64,000 nt of DNA from Perkinsus olseni (Eukaryota), in contig JABANN010000063.1 of assembly GCA_013115125.1 (NCBI GenBank), forward strand, positions 1 through 64,000, read 5' to 3'. Shown one piece after another: positions 37,557-49,266 of this stretch (the stretch's first letter is position 1; each line of letters opens with the position of its first letter). The position numbers were made by a program, and so were the translations under genes. The notes beneath the pieces are model-generated. The model ran no database searches. It was not told where the DNA came from and was given only the letters and a program-made list of their open reading frames with translations.

Positions 37557-38579
37557 TTATGATTGATCATGGACGACTTTGGCGTCTGCCAAGTTCTTCA
37601 TCGCTTCTTCCCAGACGCTCGGCTCGATCTTCTTAGAGAGAATCTTGGTAGCTTGCTCCCAGACATAACCCCAGGCCTTGGGATCGCGGGCACGATAACC
37701 GACTTCGGTCCTCAGGTGTTTCGCATCCGGGCCCAGAGCCCACTTGAACTTCTTGTAAAAATAAAGCATGAATCTGGGAACCATTAGGTCAGTCATGATA
37801 GCAACAAAAGAACCGCAGCACTGACACACGGGGTAAGGCGACAGGTACTTATCAGCTAGGGGGTCGTTGCACGCGACGATGGTAGTCTGGGCTCCCTCAC
37901 GGGCAGTCAGGAAGGCCGTGGCGGACAGGCACCTCAGGAACAGAGACCTCTCCCTCCAGATGTCGCTATCAACACCACCGGGATTGGCAGCAACGGTCCT
38001 CAGGCCGGTCAAACGAGCGAGCTCGAATGCGAAGACCGCCATTGAGTATTTGCTGCCGTAGTAGACCTGTTCTTTAGTGTAACCTTCTGGCTTGCCCATG
38101 TGCTCACCGAGGCTGTAGGGGTCTACCAACCTGTGAGATACCGATGATAACATGATAACAGCCGAGTTCTCGGGGACTCGAATGACAGGTAGCAGCAGTA
38201 AAGTCAACAGGAAGTGAGACAAGAAGTTACTTTGCCAAGTCTCGTCCAATCCGTTGACAGTCGGGGTCTTCGTACGAATATACACACCAGCGTTGAGGAC
38301 CAACCTGTCCAACCGGTCATAACGCTGCTTGAAGTCATTGGCGAACTTCACAACAGAGTCGAAGTTGGCAAGGTCACACTCCATGACCTCAGCTTGATCA
38401 CCGAGTACTCGACGACCCTTCTCGACGTTACGGACGGCGGCAACAACATGCCAACCATCTTGCATCAGGGCCTTGGCAGCTTCCATACCAACACCAGCAG
38501 AGGCACCAGTGATGAGAATGGTACCGCGTGGAGAGGCTCCGTCTGCGACAACAGTGGTGGAAGCCGTAGTTGCAGCCAT
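37557..38579 (-). CDS. Short-chain dehydrogenase/reductase, tandem copy B
   Basis: Near-identical paralog of copy A with the same motifs. Confidence 0.92.
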   Translation of the reverse strand: MAATTASTTVVADGASPRGTILITGASAGVGMEAAKALMQDGWHVVAAVRNVEKGRRVLGDQAEVMECDLANFDSVVKFANDFKQRYDRLDRLVLNAGVYIRTKTPTVNGLDETWQSNFLSHFLLTLLLLPVIRVPENSAVIMLSSVSHRLVDPYSLGEHMGKPEGYTKEQVYYGSKYSMAVFAFELARLTGLRTVAANPGGVDSDIWRERSLFLRCLSATAFLTAREGAQTTIVACNDPLADKYLSPYPVCQCCGSFVAIMTDLMVPRFMLYFYKKFKWALGPDAKHLRTEVGYRARDPKAWGYVWEQATKILSKKIEPSVWEEAMKNLADAKVVHDQS

Positions 38580-39470
38580 TAACAACAAAAGATACTTACG
38601 AGATCACGATGACTAAAGCCACGTTGGAAGAAGAAGACCGTTCACTCATTAATTCCGGGCCGAATTTGTGATCAGACAACAGCGCAGTTTCGAGAGGATC
38701 GTGACACTAGCCAACCAAGTGCTGCAAAAGATACGCTTCTTCGGGTGACCCATCACTAGCGTAAACATGTTCCTCTACAAGATGAGATACACGAGAAAGA
38801 ACATAAACCTTCACATGGCAGAACGAGTCATGAGGCCCACTGCGCAGGCGGGCACAAGCTCCGGACCTGCCTCCGGAATAAAATCGTTATTGCCGACGGA
38901 CACGTAGTGCTCAGCACCAAGTGCTGTTGCTCAAACTTTTGGAAATTACACACATTCGTCACGGCCAGATGGCAAGACAGTTATACGTCTATCCGTAACG
39001 AAGAAGATGCCGCATGCAAAAGTGAGGCCACTATGCCACGCGGGGCACGAACGGCAATCGAACGATTTAAGGAGGCCTTAGATCGACTGCTCCGATACTG
39101 GCTTAGTCTTCAATAAGGACTAAGCAAGTATCCCATAGCTCACGCTGGCCCCGGGTGCTGCTGCCATGCGGTGTAGAAGCTCCATCTTTTTGTGCTACAT
39201 AATCTTCATGTATGAGCAAACGATAGCACGTGCGTCTCGTTTCGCAAAGTATCGATCAGAATGGCGTGCGCGATATTTTCGACTACGCCGAAGTTAGTAA
39301 CATTGCGGAGCTGCGTTGATGAGAAGGAAGTTCTTCGTCACGTTGGGAACGCACTCGGTCGTCCCTTGTAAAGTCTACCTTCGATACCCCATTGACAAGA
39401 TCTTGGTCTCATGGTCAAATCGTTAAGCCGATCATAATTACCTTATTAGTTCCTTTTCGCTGCTTTTCTG

Positions 39471-40442
39471 ATGTCCTCCTCCACCACTACTCCCGCTAAG
39501 AAGTGGAATTCTCGTTTCGCTGGTGCCGTTCCCCACACCAACGACTACTATTTAAAATGCCTCGCCGGTGGTGCTCTGGCCTGCGGAACGACTCACACTC
39601 TGATGACCCCGGTTGATGTCGTCAAAGTGAACATGCAAGTAAACCCTTCCAAGTACCGCAGTCTGTTGTCTGGCCTCGGTACTCTCACCGCCGAGGAAGG
39701 CGTCCGCGCGGGAGCCCTAAAGGGTGCTGCCCCTACTTGCATCGGGTACAGTTTCCAAGGTATGTTCAAATTTGGCTTGAACGAAGTCTTCAAGGACCAG
39801 TACAGCACCCTAGTCGGAGAAGAGAACTCTATCAAGTACCGCGGTCTCGTCTGGGCTGCTGCCGCTGCCAGTGCCGAGTTCTTCGCGGACGTCTTCCTTT
39901 GTCCCTGGGAGATGATCAAGGTCAAGATGCAGGCCTCTCCTACCGGTACCTTCCCTCTAGGTCTTCGGGGTGCTTGGAAGGAGATGGCCGCCAACAAGGG
40001 CGTCACCGGCTTCCCCATGGGCTCCCTCGTTCCTCTGTGGTACCGTCAAATTCCGTACACTGTAGTCAAGTTTGTCGGCTTCGAGTACACCGTTGAGCAG
40101 ATGTACAAGCATATCTTTACGCGCCCGAAAGATTCCTACTCGAAGGCCACACAGCTTGGCATCACCTTTGCTTCGGGTTACATTGCCGGTATCGCCTGCG
40201 CCATTGTCTCGCAGCCCGCTGACAACTTGGTCTCGCAAATGGCCAAGGCCGAGAACCAGTCTAAGACGTTCATGGAGATGGCCAAAGCCCAGGGTGTGAA
40301 GAATCTCTTCCTTGCTGGTCTTGGTCCCCGAATCGTTATGATCGGTACTCTCACCGGCCTCCAGTGGTGGATCTACGACACCTGGAAGTCGGCCATGGGT
40401 TTCGGTACGTCTGGCGGCGCTGCTGTGAAAAAACAGAACTGA
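39471..40442 (+). CDS. Mitochondrial phosphate carrier (SLC25A3/Pic2/Mir1 family), copy 1
   Basis: CGTTHTLMTPVDVVK, GYSFQGMFKFG, AEFFAD...CPWEMIKVKMQ, RQIPYTVVKF, SQPAD, GPRIVMIGTLTGLQWWIYD. Confidence 0.96.
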   Translation: MSSSTTTPAKKWNSRFAGAVPHTNDYYLKCLAGGALACGTTHTLMTPVDVVKVNMQVNPSKYRSLLSGLGTLTAEEGVRAGALKGAAPTCIGYSFQGMFKFGLNEVFKDQYSTLVGEENSIKYRGLVWAAAAASAEFFADVFLCPWEMIKVKMQASPTGTFPLGLRGAWKEMAANKGVTGFPMGSLVPLWYRQIPYTVVKFVGFEYTVEQMYKHIFTRPKDSYSKATQLGITFASGYIAGIACAIVSQPADNLVSQMAKAENQSKTFMEMAKAQGVKNLFLAGLGPRIVMIGTLTGLQWWIYDTWKSAMGFGTSGGAAVKKQN

Positions 40443-40991
40443 ACTGTTCATGGCGGTTGATCACCGTAATGCCTGATAAGTTCAGTTGCCCTTCTGTTGT
40501 TCATACGTGTTCCTTAGTTGCTATTCTACGTTGCATCACGTCCTTCAAGTTTTGAGTTGCTCTAGTGGGGACTGGGGTTGCGTCGGCCTCCTAACGACAT
40601 CTTTGTAGGTAGCCGGGGTCTTAGCGAAGACGCGTTCGACTGCAGTGGAGACTTTGGGGAGTCTTCTGGCAGAGTTGTTTGAGTACTGTTTTCAGAAGTG
40701 TTAGTCAGTATGTAGCTATGAGGAGTCAGCACACAATGTAAGGATACTAGCTTCAGTTACAGCTCAAAATTTCTGGAGCAAATCTCTCCTTGAATTTTCG
40801 CTAGAATCACAATGGACGATGGCGACAGATTCTGTTTTCTTTAACATTCGGCCGTTGATGTTATGAGATGTATTAGGGTTTATTGCTAATTTTGTGTCGT
40901 TTATCTTTGCGCTCTCGAAAAGAATCGAGATTTTATTTAAGTATGTTTTCATGGGAATTTTCTTCTAGTCTTGCTATTTGTTCCTTTTCTT

Positions 40992-42005
40992 ATGTCTACA
41001 ACGTCTTCCGTTGCAGCTGCCAATTCCCTGACGGCAGCGACCAATCCACCTAAGTGGAATTCTCGTTATGCTGGTTCCGTTCCTCACACGCTTGACTACT
41101 ACTGGAAGTGCCTTCTTGGCGGTGCCGTTGCCTGCGGTACCACGCACACCTCTATGTGTCCGGTTGATGTTGTTAAGGTTAACATGCAGATCGACCCGAC
41201 CAAGTACACGAGCCTTTATCAAGGCTGGAAGTCCATACTCCACGAAGAGGGCTTGAAGGGCGTCACCAAGGGCTGGTCCGCTACTTGCGTGGGTTACACC
41301 TTCCAGGGCATGTTCAAGTTTGGCTTGAACGAAGTCTTCAAGGATATCTACAACAACATGGTTGGCGAGGAGAACTCCGTCAAGTACCGTGGGTGGATTT
41401 GGGCCGCTTCAGGCGGCAGTGCCGAGTTCTTCGCTGATCTGGCCCTTACCCCATGGGAGATGATCAAGGTGAAGATGCAGTGCTCGCCTACTGGCACCTT
41501 CCCTCTCAAACTGAAGGATGCTTGGCACGAGATGGCCGCCCACAAGATGGGGACCGGTTTCCCTTATGGTTCCTTGAAGCCCGTCTGGTACAGGCAAATC
41601 CCCTACACCATCGTCAAATTTGTCGGCTTCGAGTTCGCGGCTGAGCAGTTCTACAAGTACGTCTTCACCCGCCCGAAGGAAACCTACTCCAAGGCCACGC
41701 AGCTCGGCATCACCTTCCTTTCCGGCTACGTTGCTGGTATCGGATGCGCCCTTGTTTCCCAGCCTGCCGATAATTTGGTCTCGCAAATGGCCAAACCCGA
41801 GAACTTCGGCAAGTCCTTTATGGAGATGGCCAAGCAAGAGGGTATCAAGAACCTCTTCCTCGCTGGTCTTGGACCTAGGATTCTCATGGTTGGTACCCTC
41901 ACTGCCCTCCAGTGGTGGATCTTCGATGCCTGGAAGACTGCAATGGGCTTGGGTACTTCAGGTGGTGGAGCTGTCAAGAAGACTGATAAGGCCAAGACAC
42001 AGTGA
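40992..42005 (+). CDS. Mitochondrial phosphate carrier, copy 2
   Basis: Same carrier signature motifs; intronless tandem paralog. Confidence 0.96.
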   Translation: MSTTSSVAAANSLTAATNPPKWNSRYAGSVPHTLDYYWKCLLGGAVACGTTHTSMCPVDVVKVNMQIDPTKYTSLYQGWKSILHEEGLKGVTKGWSATCVGYTFQGMFKFGLNEVFKDIYNNMVGEENSVKYRGWIWAASGGSAEFFADLALTPWEMIKVKMQCSPTGTFPLKLKDAWHEMAAHKMGTGFPYGSLKPVWYRQIPYTIVKFVGFEFAAEQFYKYVFTRPKETYSKATQLGITFLSGYVAGIGCALVSQPADNLVSQMAKPENFGKSFMEMAKQEGIKNLFLAGLGPRILMVGTLTALQWWIFDAWKTAMGLGTSGGGAVKKTDKAKTQ

Positions 42006-42122
42006 TCAACTACTGTCACTTAGTGATTTTGTTAAGGATAATTTTCTATCGAGTGCACTGAACCGTTGTTTGCGTTGTGATTATAAAAGATATCTTTCGG
42101 CGGTAGGGTTGTTGGTAGTAGT

Positions 42123-44794
42123 ATGACTGGGGACCATCCTCGGTCGGCATTGACGCAGCCGTTGCGGCCGCCAAGTTCCGGTAGTAGGGGGGAGTTGATG
42201 AAAGCTCGGTGAGAGCACTACGTCCGTGCGGTTGGACTGGAACGTGCCCGGCTCGAGAGAGGGCCATCGGGATTGATGGGCTGGAGTACTTAATCGTTGA
42301 TTGTGGTAGGTAATAATCCGGTGCCCCCTCCCATGCTGGGGTTGAAGGAGTATCTTTCTTCAAGAGAGCAGGAAATACGTCAGGTAGGTGGGTTGGCGGT
42401 GAAACGACGCAACGTCACTGGGTCCTTGCTCGTCCATTTCCCAGCCAGCTCTGTCTTGGCCCTAGTCCCATGGAGGTCCTTTGTGTAGGTTTTCGCTCGA
42501 AGGGCGCCTGCTGCATCACAGTTCCCAGTGCGCAGCCTTCGACGTCGGATACGCAGCGCTAGGCCTCGTGGGAGGCTCACTGCTGGGCAAATGGCTAGAC
42601 TCATCGAGAGGCGGGCTACTGTACTAAGGGGGTGGGAGGTTCGAAGACACTGTGATTGAAGTCCGTGGCCGAGGGACGCTGTGGTTGGCCAAGGATTCGG
42701 GCTGATTTGATAGTATTAGGCGTCGCCGGAGTAGTCAGCACAGATAGATTCAATAATTGGTGTCACGATTGGAGTGGAAGAATCAATATATATGAGGAAT
42801 CTTAGGTCGATCAGTGAATGTGGCGCAAATCATCACGAGGTCGGCGCTTCCGACCGCAGGTGCTCACGCCCCCCCAACGATACTCTCGCGAAGCCAAACG
42901 GCGTATGATGAGCTATTGGGAAGAGAAGGGGGTACTAGCAACCCATAGATGGCACGCTAAACGGTAGTGCTACGACTGTCACTGCTGGTGTATCATTCAA
43001 AACGACCTGGGTAGGTTCGAGATGGCCGATGGTGTCCCTCTGCGGGTCCGGGATAAAGGGGAGCGGGCCATCTACCGGATAGCTTCTCATAGGTGAGGAT
43101 CGGCCATGTGTCACCATCGCAAGTCCCAGCGTAGGTGTGTGTTGGTGGATCGGTCGTTCTGGCCCTGTGTTGAGGTAGAGTGTAGCTCGTCTGAGGCTCT
43201 GGAGAGTGGGCTTGAGGATGGTCTCCGGACCAGCCCTAGTCTCACCAAAGGAGTATTTGCTTCTGATAATACTCTGCGGGCTGCCGCATTGCTGTACGGG
43301 ACGGAAGGAGAGGTAGTACTGGGTGGAGGGGCACCTTCACACCCGCTGTCTCTTCATCATCCAAGACGGGACTTCCACTTTCTCTGCTACTCTCTGTGGT
43401 GAATGTAGTCCCTGAATTGTCAGGTTGTGTCACCGATTTATCTCCTTCGAGAGGGCAAGTCGGCTCGGAAAGCGCTAATTTGGATTCATCCGAGCGGAGC
43501 GGAGCAATTGCATGGCCAACTGAGTGGCAGAGTATCGTCAATGGTGGAGCTACGGCCGACAGACTTGTCCTGGTTCGCCATCCATGGTCCCCGAGCTCGC
43601 CAAGTTGTAACGAAGGCGCTCGGTATTGCGCCATCCTCGTCACTCGGCGAAGTGGTCCACAGCGGTGGTGTGAGGCTGGTCACAACGACGCAGGGTTGTG
43701 ATGTTGTCGTTTCCGAGAACATAAAGGAAGTTTTCCGGAAATTAGTCTTTGCCGGGGCCAGCGCCATCGGACAGGAGGACTGGGAGAAGCTACATAGAGG
43801 AGTCCCTTGCTTCCCTGCTGATTACCCTGATAGCCCTGCGTGCCGGCGGAGGAGTGCCGAGCACGCTAAGGCCGTCCTCGAGAGGCAGTCGAAGCGACCA
43901 GGGACGCTCAAGGGGGAGAGCCAGGCCATTGAAAGTCCTTTATTCGCGGACTGGAGCCTGCTGGCTGACCTTGAGGGTCTCGCCTTGCCTAGAGTCGAGG
44001 GCCGTGGCCGGGGTGTCGAGTCCGCTGATCTGGTCTGCGTGAGATTGACGGCCGAGTCTCGGGGGGTTCCTTCACCCCTGGCTCATGTTTATGCTGTGAC
44101 GGAAGGGGATGAGGGTGGGCACTGGAACGCGGGTTCGGTTGCATGGGATAGGTTCTCCGGTTCAGATAAGTCGGCCTTGTATCAGCCTAAAGAGGGCGGG
44201 GAGTCTATACGGCGATTGATAGGATTCGTCACGTCCGGAGGATACGGATATCGTCAAGGTTGTGGTGTTGCTATCGCCTTTATGCAAGTAGTACTAGCGA
44301 GAGTTTCCCGCGTCCGGTTAGGAGAGGGGTGTCTGAGCTCAGGGCTGGTCATAAGCATTATACTCAACTTCAGCTTCAGAGATTCCTTCTGTTATAATAC
44401 AACGTGAACTTCTGGCCCGTTGATACCTTGCGCTGTATCACCGCGTTCGCTCTTACCAAATCTTGTTCGTCAGGCCTCCTGTTGGTCCGAGTCGCTGCCG
44501 ATGAAGAAGGTCTGGTTTCGCAACGTCACTTCACGGCATTACCATAGCGCTTTGGTCGAGAAGGTTGGAAGATGGGAGAGCGCGGATTCCTTTCTATCTG
44601 GCGTTACAGCCGTTTCTACGTACCTAGCAGTACTGTGTTCCGTGAAAGAAAATGCAATGGGGCGGGACAGGGTCGGGGTATTTTTTCTAGTGGCCATTGG
44701 TATGTCTGAGGGTACCGGACTCTGGAGTAAAAATCTCGACAGGTCTGGAGAGCTAGGCGAGGTACGCGGGCCCTTCTCAGCCTATGACCACTAA
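42123..44794 (+). CDS. POP1: RNase P/MRP protein subunit POP1, multi-exon; 3' end approximate
   Basis: LSSREQEI, SLRRRIRS, AKRRMM, CVLVDRSF, LIWIHPS, GVPCFPADYPDS, RRLIGFVTSGGYGYRQGCGVAIA and VWFRNVTSRHY in POP1 N-terminal/POPLD/C-terminal order. Confidence 0.82.
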
Positions 44795-45614
44795 GACTGT
44801 CTTAGTAAGACGGTCCTTAAAATGATAACCTATATTTGTGATCAGTTTAGCAACATCGCGCACCCACATCTGGGGGTCTCGGAGGATGCTCGGGTGCAGT
44901 GATGGTGGTTGGGCAATCTGACAAGTGAACCATCGTCACTGCACCCTGCCCATTTCTCTTGTTCTTGCTACACTCTCTACTCCTCGAAGCTGTGATACCG
45001 TCTCGCGTTGGCCTGGGATGAGACTCTGTGGGCTTCCTTGTCTCTGCTGTTCATGCTCAGAGATGTGATGGGTGGGCCGCGTGACGTGTGTTCGCTCGGA
45101 GACAAGTCGTGGCTGGCGGCTTGAGCAGGCTTCGAGAGTGCCGGCCGGAGCCCGCGGGGTGCAGAGCGGAAATAGTGGGCACATCGATAGGAGGTAGAAC
45201 GCCCGCTCCCATTGATATCCTGGCATAACAGATCTGAACCCTTCTTCGCACAACATGGCGGTGAGGTCGGGGAACGAGTGACGCGCGCTGAGCAGGCGAG
45301 GGTGTCGACTAATACTGTATATTTGGTTATTGTGACCCTTAGAGTAAACTTAAGCCATCGACGATGGCTCATCGTACATAGCCTTAAGCCTCAAAAGATC
45401 CTTGAAGTTACTGAGACGTCTGAAGCATGAAGATCTTATGAGGAATCATAGATCCTTCAAGATATTTTCCGAATCTTCATATCTTTATGCGTACCACTGA
45501 CACTACAGGCATTACAAGATCCGAAGTTTCGACGAATGTAACAACGAGGATTTGAGTATGCGTTCCCTCAGGGAACTTCCCTGTGCATTTGTACGGTCGT
45601 AGCCTCTCCATCGT

Positions 45615-46696
45615 ATGCCGATTGCAGTGCTGGCCGGAGGGTTCCATCCTTGTGTCGATTGCATTCACTTGGTAGCAGTTCCGCGTCCTAGTCCTCAACG
45701 GGCAAAGCTGGTAGAAGCTCCAGCGCCGCCGGCGGTGCTCCTTCGAAGGCCACTCAGACGGCTGGTGCGAGACCGAGCGGTGGAAATCAGCAGTACGACT
45801 GCTTCAGAGGCAACGCCCATATTGTTGACAAGAACAACAACAGTGGTTCTATCGCTAAGAAGCTGTAAGGCCGCTGAGGCCCTGTGGAACCCAGTTCGTG
45901 TTTCAGATCTCAAGAGCGAGTAATCGGAGTTGTTATGGAGTGGAAGATGGACAGTAAGCGAGGCCAGACCAACCCTGCTAGAATGGTGATCACCCTCCTC
46001 CTCGTCGTCCATGCAACTTTGTTATCGTTATATCAGGTTCAAGTCGCCACGCCGTCGAGTGTGTACCTATTCCCTACCAAGGATGCCTCTCTCCACCCGG
46101 CGGCCCGCCAAGTCCTCACCGATCCAGTAGGCCAGGCGAGATAGCATGCCAAAACGTTCGATCGGCCCTGCAGCTTCTCCTGGGTTTTTCTCAGAGTAAA
46201 ACCAAAGTGGTTGCTGGTCACGGTAGCAACGACAAAAGGAAGCTCCAAGACAGCTTCGGTATCAAGATGAAAGGGTCGGTGGTCGATGTCGTCGAGGAGG
46301 GTCGAGCCCGTGGCCTGCCTAATCCTGGACTCAAGGGCCTGGCTAAAGCCCAAGGATATGATATCTACAAGCCCCAGTACGTCTGCAGACTTCTATGTTA
46401 CAACCATAGTCGTGTGCGGTTTATTTCGCATCCTCAGCATAGGGTGGTGAATAATGTCGACTCCGGGGATTGATCCTGGGACCTCTCATGCTGTCCGATT
46501 CTGCAGAACTCCCGGCGAACGTCAGAGGTTTCACCAGTGGGATGGATCCAAGCAGCTGACCAGAGAGCAGATGAAGTACGCGACGACCGATGCCTACATG
46601 CCGCTGCACCTCGGGGCCAAGATGGGACTCGTCGATCTCGGGGTGAGCGGGCGAGGGGTCACCCAACAGTACGGTCTGCGAGGTCGATCGGTGTAG
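45615..46696 (+). CDS. DEDDy 3'-5' exonuclease domain protein (WRN-exo/EXD-like), multi-exon; start uncertain
   Basis: VIGVVMEWK (ExoI), QVATPSSVYLF, GHGSNDKRKL (ExoII), GLKGLA and QWDGSKQLTREQMKYATTDAY (ExoIII). Confidence 0.75.
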
Positions 46697-47905
46697 TCTG
46701 GATCTTGGTGATATGTCTCTATCCTAGGGAGGAGGCGATGATCATCTGACGAAGTGGTCTGGAGGAGTGGGAGCAGGCAGCGGCAGCAGCAGCAGCAACT
46801 CCCGCCAGTAGCCATGATGGTGAGGTGGCTAGCGGAGTTGCTAGGACGGGGTGAGGAGTCAATGCAGTCCTTTCCTTCGGCTTTTCTTTTATTCGGTAGT
46901 TCTATTAAGATTTGTACTCTCCAGATCCTTCCCTTATTGCACGCGGAACACGTGCGACGACGCTTCGACTTCTGAAACAGATTTTTTTTCTGAATATCGA
47001 ATTTTCTACATGACAACAATACCCACTCGTACCTATATGCCCTCGGTTCGGATCGAACCGGGGGCCTATAGGATATGTTGATCAGCCGATTACTGAATGG
47101 CTAGAGTTTCGTACGGCGTGTGCTTTGGGTTCCCAGTTCGACTCATCTCGTTCCCAATCTCGGTGACTTTTCGGCAAGGGATCATCAGGTTAGCAGAAGT
47201 CGAGCTGAGCTTTCTGCGTGGGAGACCTTTACGACGAGTAGGCCTTCGGTCGGTGGGGACGGATGGCGGTTGCATCCGCTATGGTATGGTCGGCGTTCTG
47301 GTCGGTGGCATCTCATTTGATGAGTGTGGGTGTCTAGCGTTCGTTGCTGGACTCAGGTTGAAATTAGAAGCGTCATGAATGAATGTACGGATCTGCTGCC
47401 GGAGAAAAATGCGATGTCGGAACGGAATCTGCATCGCTCCGCTAGGTTCGACTAGGCCAGGTCGAACCCGTGGAGGTCTGACTAAACAGGATATGGCGTC
47501 AAGTTGTGAACTCGCACTTCCCGGCGCGTGAGTCTTGGGTGCTCCAAGCTGAAGACCAGCCGCTCTTGTACGGCTTGCGCCGGTCAGGCGTTACTTAGTT
47601 GGTCGAAAGTCGTCGTCAACATTCTCCCTTCGACCGGTGGCAAAGCTAGGATAATCAGCAATAGAGGGGAGGCTGCCTTTTTAAGGCACAGATTGGCATC
47701 TTCGGTGTGCTCGGGGAAGACGTGGCCTGCGCAAAACTCAGATCTGTGCATGCGTGCAGGGATAGCATGCACAGCATGCCGGCCTCCCTGTTTCGTTTGT
47801 ACCGGATGATTGGGTACTTCTCCACAGCCTTGAGGTTGTCAAACTGAGCACGGTACGACTGCCGCTGCGTTAGAGGCGTGCACATTTCCGTCGGCGAAAA
47901 TCAAA

Positions 47906-48898
47906 ATGCTGAGTCGCTTCGCTCCGCTGAGTCTCCTGGCGTCACGCCGCTGTGTCTCTCTCAAGAGACCGCCCTCCACGTCTGATCGATCGGCGGGTCC
48001 TACTCGTCTCTCCAACAGTTTTTTCTTCACCTTCGATAGCATGGTATTCCCCACCAGGGTTGGAAAGCCCTCGTTGTACGAGGACTTCACTGACGAAATT
48101 TCCTCCGATTTCGGCGACATCGACTTTTCCCAGGGTCAGCGGAAGGCCAGGCCGTGCCATTGGCTCTCCAAGGTGACCATCAAGCAGTGGTTGTGTGCGG
48201 GCTTGGTCCTCCTACTAGCCCTGCTGTTAATATTCTATCTGTTATGGAGGTACGTCGTGAGTCGATCGGCGATATCCTCTGCTATTAACGGTATACGCTG
48301 GACCCTGATTGAGATGAAGACTGATGGCAAACCTTTCCAGTGCGGGCCCGAGGCTGATACGATCTGTTTGAAAACGGATTTCGAGATTCTCGCTGTGAAC
48401 CCTTCGGCTACGTGGATGACTATTGAACCAAGCCCGACAGACCTTTATTATAAAGATACTTACCTGGCTCAGATTAGAACGCCAGCATTCACACTCCCTG
48501 ACGGAGGCCAGGAAACTGTCAGATTCACGACCAATTTGGGTGGTCTCAACAACGAGACGTATAAGCATCTGTATGATGTTGTGGCAGAAAGACAAAAGGA
48601 ATCGTCTCCGTCATCAGCGTCTTCTCCTATCAGTCTGTCAGCCGCAGCGACTACTGGCATCAGAGCTATCTGGTCCAGTACCTTCACGATGAGTATGCAG
48701 TACACTTTACACGTGCAAAACGTTACCCGAGTTTCAATGTGGGATCCAAGGGCTGTGTCGCCGTTGTTCCCTCTTATACCGGTGCTGACCTTGGGGCCTG
48801 CAAGTCGTAGGCCAACTACTACGGCGGCTACATCGACTACCACGTCACTTCGAACAACTCCTGCTGCGCAGAGTACAACTACTACACCGGGGTCTTAA
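47906..48898 (+). CDS. Hypothetical single-pass membrane protein with LEA2-like beta domain and Thr-rich tail
   Basis: 330-aa intronless ORF with TM segment WLCAGLVLLLALLLIFYLLW, AVNPS...DLYYKD...TPAFTLP, and a T/S-rich C-terminus. Start may be the downstream Met (MVFPTR). Confidence 0.6.
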   Translation: MLSRFAPLSLLASRRCVSLKRPPSTSDRSAGPTRLSNSFFFTFDSMVFPTRVGKPSLYEDFTDEISSDFGDIDFSQGQRKARPCHWLSKVTIKQWLCAGLVLLLALLLIFYLLWRYVVSRSAISSAINGIRWTLIEMKTDGKPFQCGPEADTICLKTDFEILAVNPSATWMTIEPSPTDLYYKDTYLAQIRTPAFTLPDGGQETVRFTTNLGGLNNETYKHLYDVVAERQKESSPSSASSPISLSAAATTGIRAIWSSTFTMSMQYTLHVQNVTRVSMWDPRAVSPLFPLIPVLTLGPASRRPTTTAATSTTTSLRTTPAAQSTTTTPGS

Positions 48899-49266
48899 TG
48901 GCTCCTGATTTCTTCATTAATAATACTTACTCGTTACATTTTATTCTTCTATCCGCTGGGCTCTTCTCGTGTTATGGGAGTGTTCAGGTGTGAGTCACAC
49001 CGTGTGACCGGAGCGTGCATGGTTATCGACAGATGTGTGAGGTTGATTGGCTGCCTCGTCCCAACAGATTCATCACAATTATTGACGTAACCCGCCGAAC
49101 GACCCAGTAATCTACTGGTAACCTAGCTATCCTTCCTTGTAGCGTAGCTTTAAGAAGTTATCGTCACACAGTATGTGGTGATGGCTGATTCAACTACACC
49201 AGACAACAACACTGCAACAACGGAATTATGATGAAACGACGTAAGGCTGCTGGTTGTGATGATCTG

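Noticed and set aside
39593..42126. Antisense and alternative-frame ORFs over the carrier genes (also over the SDR and DxD genes)
   Set aside because: Shadow ORFs from GC-rich codon usage of the real genes; no recognisable motifs.
47040..47470. Two short hairpins with GGTTCG/CGAACC arms
   Set aside because: Short palindromes without tRNA structure, TSDs or further copies; compatible with chance.
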